Below, one piece after another: positions 11,341 through 25,168 of a stretch of 64,000 nt of DNA (the stretch's first letter is position 1; each line of letters begins with the position of its first letter). Made by a program: the position numbers and the translations under genes. The stretch lies in contig JARFYF010000094.1 in assembly GCA_030265395.1 (NCBI GenBank), positions 27,947,262 to 28,011,261 of the forward strand. Direction: 5' to 3'. The notes under the pieces are model-generated. The model worked only from the letters and a program-made list of their open reading frames with translations. It ran no database searches and was not told the DNA's origin. This stretch comes from Rhina ancylostomus (Eukaryota).

Positions 11341-13449
11341 ATTTTTATTACAATGCGGTCTGCTTAGTGCGCCTTCTATAGCATTTTATTACTAACATAA
11401 AATATTCACATATTTCAACATCTGCAGTCACCTGGTGCCAGAGAGTGACTTTTTACACCGTTTTGTTTCATTTCATTATTGTATCATCACCACATTATAG
11501 ATTAAAATTGACAAACTGGGAAAGCCCAGCTAATCTATCAAGCATATATCATCTGGAACAGAAATTTGTTTGTTTGAGCAGTAGCAGTTTTCAGAAACAG
11601 AATATCCATTCTCATACCATCATTGCAATAAAAAGCTTGTTTTTCTGATTAGATTATCTACATTTCAAGGGATTGTAAGCAAAATATATTCAATTGCTTA
11701 TTTTTACTTTTGGAAGTCTTGCTAATAAAATGCAGCAGTAGGTCTTTTCCTGTGAATTTCAAACCTATGCCTTTGAGTGATATTAGTTCCTTTAACACAC
11801 TGTACTGTCTTTTGTCCCAGAAGTGCTGCACTTAACAATCCTGCAAATCAAATCACAAGCAACAGACAATCATGCATCATTCATGCTGCTCATTTTCAGC
11901 TGGCACTGAGCTCTAGTTATATACATTTATAAGTTCAATGATCTGAATTGGGGTACCATACCTTTCTTCACTTGATCATTATAACTCTTCACTGACCAAA
12001 GGTGATGATGTATGCTAACATATAGGTGGTATTTCCAAATGGGGCAGGGGATTTGGGCAGAGTTCAGCTCCCTAACATGCATTCTGTCCTTAACAGTTTC
12101 CATGCCTAATAGATACCTGGAAAGCTGTCTGGTTAATAGATTGCCAACTGGGGAATACTGCAGAAGAGGATGGCTGAAGGTGGAGGAGAAATCATAGGGA
12201 GATATGGGGGTTGTTGGTTCAATTTAATGAATTCAGGGAGGATTGGAGGAAGGGAATGGGGTAATACAAGGGTCAGTGTAAAATCGGAGAGATAGGGAAA
12301 GTATTGGGGTTGGGAAGAGTTGTGATAAATGGGATTGGGTGGGTGCTGTCACATACACCGGAGGGAAGCACTGCAGGTTCACAAACTGTGCGTGAACAGG
12401 TCTTATCTCTTCCATGCCTCCCTTCAGCTGCCAGACATCCTGAGGCCGGAAAAACCCACCTGCCCTAAGTCAAGCTTAAAACTAGCTTAGGCCCTAGATG
12501 AATAGATTGATAAAAATAATTAAATGAATAAGGTGCAGGAGGATATTCACGTCCCCTGGAAGCAAGTCAATAACACTTTTCCTGTGGACGCAGGTTGTAT
12601 TGGATTTCAATTTGAAATTAATTTCCTATCTGAAACAAGCCCACATATTTTTGAAATAGCAGATTACCCTCATAATATCTAATTCCTCAGATGGCAGTGA
12701 TTATTGAAGATGATGGAAATACTCAGCTGACTAGGTAGCATCGATGGGGGAGAGAGAGATGGGGAGAGGAGGAGGAGAAAGACAGAGGGACAAAGGAAGA
12801 GAGGAAAAAGTGTTAAAGTTTCAGACCAATGATCTATCATCAATAAAAGATCATTTGAGGAGACTGCAGATTGCTAATGTACAGTCACACCCTCTGAGCT
12901 CCTTTGCCTCTGTAATCACAACAAAGACAACAGTTCTGACTTTATAAGGCAACAACTGACTTTGCTTGACAACAATCTGAGATTTCACTCCAACATTTAA
13001 AATTTGGATGGTTTCTCATGCTATATTGATGCTGCATCATGGCTGGCTTCATTGTTGTGCGCATGAAGATGGACTCTACTTGCACTTTGGAAAGGATGGA
13101 TTCCACACTAATTCAGTGTCCTCTGCCAAACTAGCCCTGGACTCTGCGATGCTTCTTGACATTTTGCAGAGATTTTTTTGATTGTCTTCCGTATGTGCTA
13201 TCCGCTAAAATGCCAGCAGTTGTCAGTATCTGAGCTGGTGGCTATGAGAGTGAAATCCAGTGATGGTCAGCATCTTTCATTACTAGTTCTTGAGTATCTA
13301 AATTGCAAAGGAACAATGAATTACATAGCAGAAGAGAATAAGAAAAGCTTATTCCTTCTGCAGCTTGTAAATCAGAATGAGAAGGAAGTTGTGTGTAAGA
13401 AGGTGAATTAACTATGAGGACACGTGCTGCCCTTGGCCTCAGGAAGATC

Positions 13450-13980
13450 CATCACAATTAATGGTGACCACTGCCATCTCCATAAAAGTTATGACATTCA
13501 AGCACACTTGTACTTCTCTTGTTACCTGATGCTGATGTGCTGGTTGTGCACTGCCTTATCCTGCTTTTGGGTACCATGCAATCTGTAGCAGTGGCTATCA
13601 TAATTGAATTGTTGGCATTGTATACTAACTCTGAGATATGGGTGTGAGCAATGTGAAGGGTGCAGTGGAACTTCTGAGTGTTTGGTATGATATGGGTGTG
13701 CGTGTGGGAAGGTATGGGGGGGATGCAAAGTCTAACACCAATGATGCAGATAGTAGGAGAGGCATCTGGAGATACATTCACTAACCTTGACCACTCATTA
13801 TATCATTAAACCACTTTTGTCACTGCATCCCTATCTTTTGTATTTGACTATAGATGTGTGTGGAGGGTATCTTGACACACTTAAAATAAAGAATATCTCT
13901 CTTCCATTCCATTCCCTCCTCTAATGTCCAAGTACAGTGTCCAAGAGCCTTGGAATTCACTATCTCACGGACTGTGCCAT
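13450..13980 (-). mobile_element. Myb/SANT-domain gene remnant of a Harbinger element
   Basis: From ATG at 13980 the minus strand reads MAQSVR**IPRLLDTVL, then MQ*QKWFNDIM followed by a donor-like AAG|GTTAGT. This resembles RAPRFSD...WxQCRKKFNDL. Confidence 0.6.
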
Positions 13981-14804
13981 TATTTAATGATTTGCCTTAT
14001 CGGATTAAATTGTAGAAAGGCAGGCTGTAGGTGTCCCAACATACTCCTCCCTTACAAGGAACAGATTAGCTTTAACTTGAGAATTCCTGACATTGGCTCC
14101 CTGCTGATGCTCCCATTGGACAAACACCACAATCACTGGCGGGTGCAAAAAATGATGGAAATGAGCAGGTAGAAATTAGAAGGCAGACTTGGCTAATCAT
14201 GGGTCGGAGGCTACTGAATTTAGTCCTGTCTATTCCCACAACCAGTGTTTTTGTTTTGTTATCCATCTGAGTTTCCAAACCAAAGTACAAAATTTGCATG
14301 GTAGAATTCCCATTTTCCTGAGATATCCTGGGTAAGTTCCTTATTAGGATGCAAACGTTACCTAATCCACAAAGCAAAGGATCATCCTGGTCAGATCCAT
14401 TGGCCACAATACTTATAGAGCTTCTTGCAGACTTTAAATGCCCGTTGTTGAGCAGCTGGCCGTCAAGCACTGAAAAGCTTCCCATGGCTTGGCCACCCGA
14501 GGTTGTTCACTGTGGATGCTGCAAAACCTGGAGCTGAAGTGAAGAATCCCTAGCCTCACTGACTGTATTGCTCTGCATGGTTCAAGTAATGAACCAGGGT
14601 AGCTAAGCAATTGTCAATAGATCTGCCCCATCTACACTTTATATCCCTCAGAAGATATTAAGCTATCCTTTTGTGATAATTTTATTGATGTACAATTTAC
14701 ATAATGCAAGAACTCAAAGAAACATCTGAAACATCATTGGCATTTATAAATTTCTTTGTTGCATTTAGTCTATAACGATTCCACTTCTGTAGTAAAAGTA
14801 AAAA

Positions 14805-15012
14805 AAAACACTGCAGATGCTGGAAATCTAAAAAACGCTGNNNNNNNNNNNNNNNNNNNNNNNNNNNNNNNNNNNNGGAACAGTCAATATTTGGTCTGCA
14901 ATCCTTCATCAAAACTACCCTGATGAAGGCTCACAGACTTGAAACATTGACTGTTCCTCTTTCTATAGATGCTGCCTGATCTGTTGAGTTTTTCTAGCAT
15001 CTTCTGTTTTTA
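14805..15012. mobile_element. Palindromic Penelope-derived repeat with hammerhead-like core
   Basis: GGAACAGTCAAT...CCTTCATCA and TGATGAAGG...ATTGACTGTTCC form inverted arms. CTGATGA is at 14920-14926 and GAAAC at 14941-14945. Confidence 0.75.
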
Positions 15013-18000
15013 TTCCACCTATACTGTTTGGCAGCTGTATTATGTGTATTATATTGAAAGTGTATCAGATAAATAAGGAACATGAAATGAATTGTAGTTA
15101 CTACTTAACCAGTGTTAAGGCATTAACACTTCCTCATCTTACAGGCTTGAGTTTAATGTATAATTTATTGATTCTCCACAAGTGCCCGCTGATTGATGCA
15201 GCCTCCTCCAGGTGTTAAGGAGAGACATGGAAGGGTTTTCTTCATCATCATTCTCAGTGTCATGCCCTGATTAACCAGCTTAAAGTTTTCCTTTCCTGAC
15301 CTAAAGTGGAATACTTCGCATTCACTTGGAGATCCTCCATTAAACTAGCTGAGAACTGACAAAGCTGCTCAAAGTGGAGGCAGATGAAGTTAAGTGATAA
15401 AGCAGTGGAAGAGATCTTAATTATTGTTTCAAACCTACTAAGCACTTTTCAGATATGGCAGTTTTCAGAATAAGTTAAAACCAATTAATCCTATTTTCCT
15501 TTCCAGTATTCTCTTTGCTACATTAGTACATTACATCCATATTTCAATAGATCATATCAAACAGATATACAAATATTAGAAATACTAGCTACTGAATTGA
15601 ATCCACCATATTTAGCTCAGTTGCATCAAGGACATGACCTCTCCCTGCATAGTAAATAGTAATGATATAAACTACTAAGCTATATGTAAATACTAACTTT
15701 CTGCCCTCGTAACTACTGAACATGGTTTTCATTGGAACATCAAGATCGTTTGAGCAATCGTGCAAAATATCTCTTCCTGTTTAAGTATCCTGCTGTATGG
15801 TATGCATAAGTGCAGGCTTTGCACCTTGAAGAACGTTTAACGTAAGGTCAAGTCTAAACCAATAGGTGGGACATATTTCCATCTAGCTTGAATCTTCTCA
15901 AGTATTGCTCATCAAAGAAAGTAGGCACTTAATTGGTATGCTACACAATGATGTAAGGTTATATTCTATGTTTCTTTTTCTAACAGTTTCTGTATTCTCA
16001 GTTTGTTTGTTCTTCCTCATCCACATTCCTCAGAGGTTAGTGCTGGCTTCTCTCTCCAGGCTGAAACAATCAAGCATAGCAGACTGATCACAACTTCTGT
16101 GCTAATTGAGACTGCAATAGAAGAATATGAATTTGGAAAGAAGCTACAAAGCAAAGACCACTGGTATTAGTCCAATAAACTTAGCTGAATCTTCCCTTAA
16201 ATATCTCTCAGGCATTTAACAAGTGGAATAGGAATTGAACTGCAAAAAAAGTTGTCCGCACAATAACAGAAGATAATTTCATTGATAGTTCTCATGCCTA
16301 ATCTCAACAATTTGCACAGGTAATTCTGGTGGAATTTATTTCTTAGTCAAAAACAGCAACTCAGCCCTAAAACTCTCTCCACTTTTAAATGCTTAATTCC
16401 TCAAATTAACCTCTAAGTTCCTTTCAGGAGCAAACACATAGAAATTCCTAATATAGTTTATCAAATAGAATTCAACAACAAAAGAAAATACTCCAACTAA
16501 TATATAGACTTTAATGCACATCCAAAACCCCTTCTAAACTGCCAATCTGTGCAAAGTGCAATTTTGCATGCATTCAATCTATCGGTTATCATGACCTCTA
16601 TTTTAACTTAAAATAAAATAATGATTATGCTGAAATCCATCTAAAATTCAACTCTAATATTGTTATCTGCAAGTGGCTGCCACACTTACCACTCCTAATC
16701 ACATCAGAATCAACTTTCCAAATGCCTGCTTTTGCCTTATAATCAAAGGAAAATTATGGAGGTAGGCCATTCATTTGCCTCTCAGCTAATATTAATCACT
16801 CTATCTGGCACACTGCAGAATATATTTGTCAGGATTTCTGACAATTATATTTAATTCAGAAAATTATTGGCTGAGGCCCGGATTATTCCAAGCAAACTCA
16901 GCAACTATCATCAAGATTGGTTACATTATGATTTTAAGAGAAAATTATCGCCAGGTCTTGGTGCATTATTGGAAAAATGGAAAAAAAAGAGAAGACATGA
17001 AAATATTATTAAAATCAGTTAAAATTATGAAAATATGAATCACAAATGAAAACATTGGAACCGAGAACATAACATAAAATGAATACACAATATTTGAGGT
17101 TTAAAATGACTTCCAACAACAGAATGTGATGGCAGACACTTAAAAATCCGTGAATTATTGATTTAAAAAAACTGTGATCATCTGGCCAATAATGGTATTG
17201 AGAGCTTTAAGGATCAATGGAAATAATTAAATCCAATGGGGTACATAACAGTTTCTGAGATGCTGGACTTTTGGAAAATTCATATTAGTGATAGCAATTA
17301 GCAAAGAACAATTAGGTACATTGAAATTCTGAGAGGAGTTCTCTACCACTCCAAAGAGAGGGAAGTAGTTTTACTTATTCATCACAAGGCTGACCACTGC
17401 ATTGCATCCACCAGTCACTGTTACTAGTCCAATATTACTGCAATGTCTGCAATATAAGCCATGTAAAATGGATGATGGTGACTCTCCTTCTCACATGGCT
17501 TGGCTTTGCAAATGTTCAGGGCCAGTTGGCAGACTAACAAATGCAGGGGCACTAACTGAATGACATTAATGTTGGGCTGCATGGATCCATTGCCAGGGTA
17601 TCAGCAGTTCTGTAATGTGTTGGAGAACAGATGGTTGGAGTGTCATAACACCCTTAAAGCCCCCTTAAACACGTAACCAGACCTAAGGTGGCAGCTCAGA
17701 CAGCGTGTTTGTCAGTGAGTTGGCAGAGACGGCAGGGAAAGCTGAGACTGCAGACATCAGGCACTGTTCTATACCCAAGTCACCCCTCATGGACCCAGTG
17801 TGGTTGGGTCCATGTGAGGTGACTTGGGTATAGAACAGTGTTAACCATTTCTATAGATAATGGGAGGCAATGTTTTGTGAAAATGAAGCTAAACAGAATT
17901 TGAGTAACCAGCATAAATAAATACCCCTTCGCAGCTAAGTTTAATGAAGCTGGCCAAAATTCCCACACAGCAGTGAATAGACTCCAAGCTCCATCCGAGG

Positions 18001-19199
18001 TCATATGCCCTCATGTTCCAAGGCATTTCATGCAGGCTTTCTGGCTGAATAGGCAATGTCCCAAGTATCTCAATGTATATGTTTATAATCCTTTAGCTTT
18101 GGGTGTTCCAAAAATATGCCTCAACCAAGTCCACTGGAGCAAATCTGGTGCCCTCCAGGGAGTTTAAATACAAACCATGCCTTATTTTTGGTCTGGTTTC
18201 AGGCTGTTTGAGTCTGGTGTCTTATCATGTGCAGTACACATTCTAAACTATCCCCTATGGTACATGAAATGTTAAAGTCTGCAGTTTATGGATGTGATTG
18301 CCAAATGGAGTAACAAGGTACCTTTTTTTCTTGAATGGCAAAGGTTGATTAGCTGGAGCCTCTGCTGTTAGTATTTCTTGAGTATCTGAAGTGAGAAAAG
18401 TGCAAGAGTATATTCATGGTGAGTGTAGGGGGTAAGAAAGAAAGCCGTATGTAAGCCATTGGAATCCTATAAAGCAGAAGAAAGCATGGGTTATGTGGGA
18501 CATGGAATGTGAGGAAGATTACATTTCAACTTGCAGCCACTTTCAATTATCTCCAATTCTGCACCATCTATGGGCAATGGAGACCGCTAACTCAGTGAGA
18601 ACCAGCAATCTGAGTCTCCAATAATTATTGTGGTGAGGAAAATAAATTCTGAAAGAAGACCCATTCAGCAACAATGCAAAGAGTAGAGAGAAGGCTGATC
18701 TTTTCCTTCTCTTCAATCCACAAGATTATCTCACAAATGGATTGGGAGGAGGAAGGTGTCACAGATTTACCCATAAAATGTTAATGGCCTATTTCTGTAA
18801 TAGAAATAGTTGGTATGGGCCCACGTGGATTCGCAAGATCATAATTCCTATATGAGGACAACAAGACCATCCTATATGATGATGGTTTCAAATAAAACAA
18901 CTATCAAGGAACAAAAGTTGTGATTTTTTTTGCTGGTTAAATGTTTGTTATTATTGGTAAACATTTCAGTGTTCTGCAGTTGCATGGTTAAATATCAGGT
19001 CAGCATCGCACCAGAAGTTAATGGCTTGAATAATATTGTTAATTTTGAACCAGAACATTATTCATAAGAGAGATGTCAAATATTAGGCTTTAGTCTCACA
19101 GCCGAGACCACTAGGATTGTGAAGATCTGTTGTCCCTTGCTGAGCAAACAAAAGTAGAACATAGTTGTGTTCCTTTGCTTTTTCTTGATTGTTATCTTG

Positions 19200-19520
19200 T
19201 TAACTGATCCAAATGGTACCATCTATCTTCATGACAGTAATGGTTGGAGTAGTTGAATCAGAAAACTCATCTGGTTCAATGTTGCCTGCTGCCTATCATC
19301 TCTTCAGTTCTTTCTGAACCTTTTCTTTTATACTGTAAGTTGTTGGTATACTTTGAAGAAGGGGTATAGCATCTACCTTCAGGTGAATCTTGGCTTCCAT
19401 ACCTTGAATATTACTGAGTTTATCTTGAAACTCCTTGGGGTACTTGCCAAGTATAGCTGATCTAATTTCTTCACACGCTTGATCTCTTGGCCTGCTCCAA
19501 CCTATCAAATTTCCCCAAGA
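19200..19520 (-). mobile_element. Gypsy/Ty3 LTR retrotransposon pol fragment (pre-RT / RT start)
   Basis: ILGKYPKEFQDKLSNIQGMEAKIHLKVDAIP...YSIKEKVQKELKR, then TPTITVMKIDGTIWI (cf. WAAPIVPVLKPDGSVRICG). Confidence 0.8.
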
Positions 19521-19859
19521 TAATCAGAAACATGGACCTTTGCTTCATGTTACTGCTTCTCGCTCAATCTTTACACATCTTTATCACCTTTATCCCCCTT
19601 CCTAACTTCTATATCTTCTTCTTTGACAGTCACTTGGGCTCAAGATGACTTGCTTACACTCTGGTTTTGTGGATTCCGAGGTAATTTATAAATCCAGTGT
19701 GGGAACCGCAGACTCTTTCTCAGATGGGGCAGGAGGTGGTTGATGGGGCAGTTAGTCTATGAGGGTGTGTGCTCCTTTTGCTGTTTATGTATGGCACTGG
19801 GTGAACTGAAGAAAAGATTCAAGGATGTACTTCAAATTTCCTTGGGAANNNNNNNNNNT

Positions 19860-21460
19860 TTCCTGGCCCATACCTGTTCAAAATGAAGAAGGGCCATTCA
19901 GGATCATATTGAGAACCTCGAGTCTATGCAATGGGAGCACATGGGGTCCTTGTTCAAGCACCACCTCACAAACCACCCACCTGCCCTGTCAGGGACTTTC
20001 TGCCCCAGCTGTGGGAGAATCTGTAGTTCCTACATGTGCTTCATCTGTCACTTCGAAACCCAGAAAACCTAAATGGAAGCAAATCATTCTCAGTCCCAAG
20101 AGACTGCCTAAGGAGGCAAAAACATGTACTTCAATGTTATTAGCTGTGAAAAAGTTTCTTCTTTTCCACATACTCAATCCATGATTCAAATGCACTGTTG
20201 AAAGAATCGAATGTACCAATTTTGGACACCTTAATTTCTCTATGCCGCAACATGGCCAATGAGGTGGGGTAAATCTATCTTGCTCTCAGTAAATTATATT
20301 GCTCCACAGTTGCAGAGACAGAACCCCAAATCTTATGAAAGGCAAGCAACACTTACGAATGTATCTATCCTGGTGAGTTGCCTTTCATCCCGATACTTAA
20401 TTATCATAATGACACCATTCAGTGTATGCAAACATAGAAATAAAAACAATGCTCACTCTTCAGCAGTATTCACCATGTGCTTCTCTGTGGAGGAAGGCAC
20501 TTTATTNNNNNNNNNNNNNNNNNNNNNNNNNNNNNNNNNNNNNNNNNNNNNNNNNNNNNNNNNNNNNNNNNNNNNNNNNNNNNNNNNNNNNNNNNNNNNN
20601 NNNNNNNNNNNNNNNNNNNNNNNNNNNNNNNNNNNNNNNNNNNNNNNNNNNNNNNNNNNNNNNNNNNNNNNNNNNNNNNNNNNNNNNNNNNNNNNNNNNN
20701 NNNNNNNNNNNNNNNNNNNNNNNNNNNNNNNNNNNNNNNNNNNNNNNNNNNNNNNNNNNNNNNNNNNNNNNNCTATCCTAATGTGACACTGGATCATATG
20801 CTAACCTTCAAATATTTCTCACAGCAGCTGGCAAGATGAAGACAAGCAACAGCCTGATCTAGAAACTGGGATCATCTACAGCACTCAACGATGCCTTTGT
20901 AAATGCGGTAGCTAAGTACTAAGCACCATTACAGGCATGATTTAGCTACACCCAACACAATATTTCTCATTTAAATACTGCGGTGAGGTGTATTACTTTA
21001 ACCTCGAGTCTTTTCCCACATCCTGGCTGCCTGGGCTAGCAAACATCACTCATCCAGTCATCCATCTAAATGCTATTGCCCTCCACAAGATCTATTGGAG
21101 TGAGATATGTACCCCTATTCATTGGGATCTCACCCTCTTCCTGGCCATTGTTTGTAACTCCTTCTGGACTCTCATGCCCAATGCCAACCAGACAATATCA
21201 ACCCCAGCAAAACTCAGAAGCATCTCTTAAAATATTTAACATGGAAGGTCCCTATCTTCAAGCTACTATGTAGGTTACAGTCATCTCTGAACCACATCCN
21301 NNNNNNNNNNNNNNNNNNNCACAAACCGTGGCAGATTTAGATACTTGAAGAAAAAATGGAAAGTTAAAAATGTCTTCAGTGTGTGACGGTGGTCATCAGA
21401 AACAGATTATGGAACATATGATGGCTCATTGGCTGATCTACAAACATGAAGGATTATAAA
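19860..21460 (+). mobile_element. Decayed LINE, Vingi/ingi-like, spanning assembly gaps
   Basis: NPKSY, YPNVTLDHMLTFK (cf. YLGVTLDRSLTF) and SFPTSWLPGLANITHP (cf. STPLPWLPVLANIAPP). Confidence 0.6.
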
Positions 21461-24400
21461 ATGTATCGTTGTGATACACTCTGCCATCCCAATGTATTTA
21501 TCTGGCTTAAGCATCCAGAAGTAAAATTATAGCTGTTGCTTTACAGCTAAACTGATCAAAGGGAAAAAAAGCAGCACAAAAATCTAGGCTTAGTTTCCTG
21601 TACAGTTTTGAAGGACATTTGCATTCAAGACCCCATCAGACATTGGTAATAAAAGATCCCATGACACCAACCTCAGTGCTCTGGTGAAAGTGGTCCTTCA
21701 ATCAGAATTGCAACAACAGATTATATGGTTATAATCATATTCCCCTTTTTGTGATAACTTGTGTATAAGTAAGTTGCTATGCAGGACCTCAGAACAACTT
21801 TATGCCTATAAAGAATCTAGGGACATACTAATAAGGACATGAAAGGCAATTTAAAAATTCAAATAATTACTTTTTCAGCTTATCCATTCAAACAGACATT
21901 AAAGGTCCATTGTGCCAGGCAAATCTGGCTGTTTATTAATTGATCTTTTGCTGTGCAAAGATGTATTTTATTTATCTGTAATTGATTTCGTTGCTGCTTG
22001 TGATAAATTCAAATTCAGTACTTTTGAAGCATTGTTATTCATTTCCAGTGGTCTTACCACAACCCTAGCAATTACATATTTCAAATATATATTTCTGTGA
22101 AGCCCTTACCCATTTACTTATCAAAAAATAATATTTTTCAAAAACTATGAAAGATAATGAGTCTTCATTTTTGACAAAAGAAATATTATACAAGAGCGCC
22201 CAATAATAAATATTTTGTGAACAGAAAATGATTTTATAGTTTATATCCTTCTTATATTAATACAAGTGCAAGGAATTGCTGGCTTTAGAAAAATAATTAC
22301 TATTAAATTAGTCTTTTTGCATTAATGCACATTCTTATAAGATGCTGTAAACACACATTAATGTGTGATGGTAGCAATAGTGTGCTGTTGCATAATAATG
22401 CAGATTTTTATTATGTTCAGGTGTGGTTAAGTGTGGCTAGATAGAAATGGAAATGAAGGTATTTCTAATAATCTGCTGTATTCAAACTTTATTTGAAATC
22501 ATCCATGAGTAATTGCTGTACTTTAGTCATGATAATTTACCACAATGATTTTTATCCTTAGGACTATAAAAGATAACTAGAACAACTAGTGCATTATACT
22601 AGAGATGAAGATGAATGCTCCTAGTAAAATAATTAAATTAAATCTCTTTGACAGCATAAACAAGATAGAAATTTTATTTATTTAACTCTCGAATAGTAGA
22701 TTGGGAAAATGATTATTGTTTAATACCTGTTCACTTCTAGAAGTGACCTGCAGCTACGTTATCAATTGGTCCCAAATGTTCTTATTTGATGCTACATCAA
22801 TGAGAACACTATGAGGATAATTTGACTCTGTGTGGTGTCTGTTGTAAAATGGAGATCATAAGTCAGCATTAAGTTTGAAGTCAATAGAAATAAAATTCAG
22901 GAGAGATATAAAACAGGCTATGATACATTGTCATCTGTTTTACTTGTCACTCTTCGAATTATTGCCTATACTAGACACACTGAGCTTAATTGTGTCAATC
23001 AAATACCTCCCAAGGAACCTGCCAATCTTTTCCCTTTTCTACTGAATTCAACCTGCTGTTCTTTAATCTCTCCCCAAACTCCTAAGGCCATTCTTCTCCA
23101 CCAGTTAATATCACCTTCCCCACACATCCCAAAGTATAATGTCATTCCCACTTTTACCCTCTGCCATCCTGATATCCTGCCATCCACTTCTGCCCCTCAC
23201 AGATATCAATTCATTCAACCTTTCCTTTTATTCTTCAGTTGCGGCACCAAGTAATTTCAACAGCTACATCTTGATGAGAAATTCTCAACTTTTGATATGC
23301 CCGTCATAAACTCAGTGGAACCACAGATTAGTATTAATTTATTGGGGTTGATGTTGATCGATGGGGAAGTTAGAATATATTTTTCAATATGATTATAGCA
23401 CTGTAGGAAACAAGAATACTGTGTGTTACTGTAAAACATTCATTGTCCAATTTAATTTGATAACGCATTAGTTTTTTGTCCTGATAAATTAAGTTTTTTT
23501 AGCATGCTAGTCATTTTGATGACATTATTTCCTGTATATTATGCACTGCTGATAAAGAGAGAAACTGTAATTGCTACGGACCATAATGAAGGCATAAAAT
23601 ATTAGACATTCAGCAGATCTAGTAACATCCAATGGTAAAGATGCAGAACTGCTTCCAGTGAGGTGCCACACATGCTATTTTAGTCTATCTTTCTTTTGCC
23701 TTTTGATTGACTTACAGATTTTCTGGGTTTTTTTTCAATTTTCTACAGTTGATTGCATTCAATTTAACCTATGAGATGTAGCAACAAGAAGGCCATTAAT
23801 TGGGCTGTCACTTCTGACTGGCCCCTGTGGAGTAGTCACCTTCACCCATACACTGCACTTGAAGAAAAAAGCACTTAGAAATAACTGCTGATTTATTTGA
23901 ATTTCGGTTTACAAAAGCATGGTTGGTATATTAAAGCTTTTTTTGGGTCAATGTGGCTCTTAAATATTGCATAACGTGGACAATTGCTATTTTGTATGGT
24001 TAAAAACATTGTTTTTATGGTGCTTGATATATTTAGCAAGGCACTTTGGATCATTAATTCACTCAGGTTGAATAATAAATGGAAACTTTTTGAACAGTGG
24101 ACAAAAGCATTAAAAAAAAGTAAAGAGGATTTTGTCTCCTTGTAGTTAACTTATCACTCTCCAAAATCTATTACTTGAGCTTCCACCAAATTTAGTTTAA
24201 TTCTAATCCCAATGGTATGCATCTTTGTGTCAATAGTAATAAGGCAGTAAACAATTTGTGCAATACATCGAGCATAAAATACCATCCAAAGGTGCTTCTG
24301 CAGAAGCAAAATAGTAATTGTGTGCTAAGACAAAGAAGTGTGAAATTGTGATCAAAAGTTTGGCCACGAGGCCTACCTATTGAGGAGGGTCTTTGTGTTG

Positions 24401-25168
24401 TGGAGACCTGGTAAAAATCAGGAAGATAATTCTAGCATGTGGTTGTAGGATGCTGATACCTGAGTGAAAAGAAAAATGAATGCTTAAGTGACTACGACCA
24501 AAGGAACAATGAGATGGTGGAGTGAACATTACAAAGACAGCAATATAATTGGATCCATGAATTTCAGGTGGTGATATTCAGGTAGTGTTATTCTACACCC
24601 TATTTAGCACCATGCTACATAGTTTGCAAATTGGATCAGGTGAAGTGGCACCTCTTAAGTAGATTAGAATTAGAGTCTAGTCCTAGTTAAGCAGCCCATT
24701 GCCAAAATGAACTAAGGGCACATTGTGGATATTCATTTTTAACCCACCTCGTTATCCTTATTTGTCAAGACTCTGAAAAAAGGCTGCTCAGCATTATTTA
24801 AATAGATCCTTGGCTGCAATCGATTAAGCCTCTGGTGAACCTGTTTATTTGGTTGAATTGGCAGTTTTAACTGAATTTCGGATGCTTCAACAGTGACATT
24901 TTGGGGCTGCAGCCCAATCTTTTCGGGAGCTGCTTCCTCAGAAACATAAACCCTGCCAACATGGCAGTGCCTCTTTGTTTTCTATTGGGATGGAGAATAC
25001 TGAGGAGGAAAAAGAACTTGCCAGCCTGCAGAAAGAGGGCAAAAGAGGAAAAGGATTAGCAGGTCTTACATCAGACATATCCATAAGAACAAAATTACCT
25101 TTATTTCTCTGAGGAACAACATATCTGCTTCTGCAGGGAGCACATGACAGAACCACTTCACCTGTCTT

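Noticed and set aside
20259-20839. Long ORFs containing X runs (also 42766-43408, 55004-55431 and 56012-56412)
   Set aside because: Their length is an artefact of N gaps lacking stop codons.
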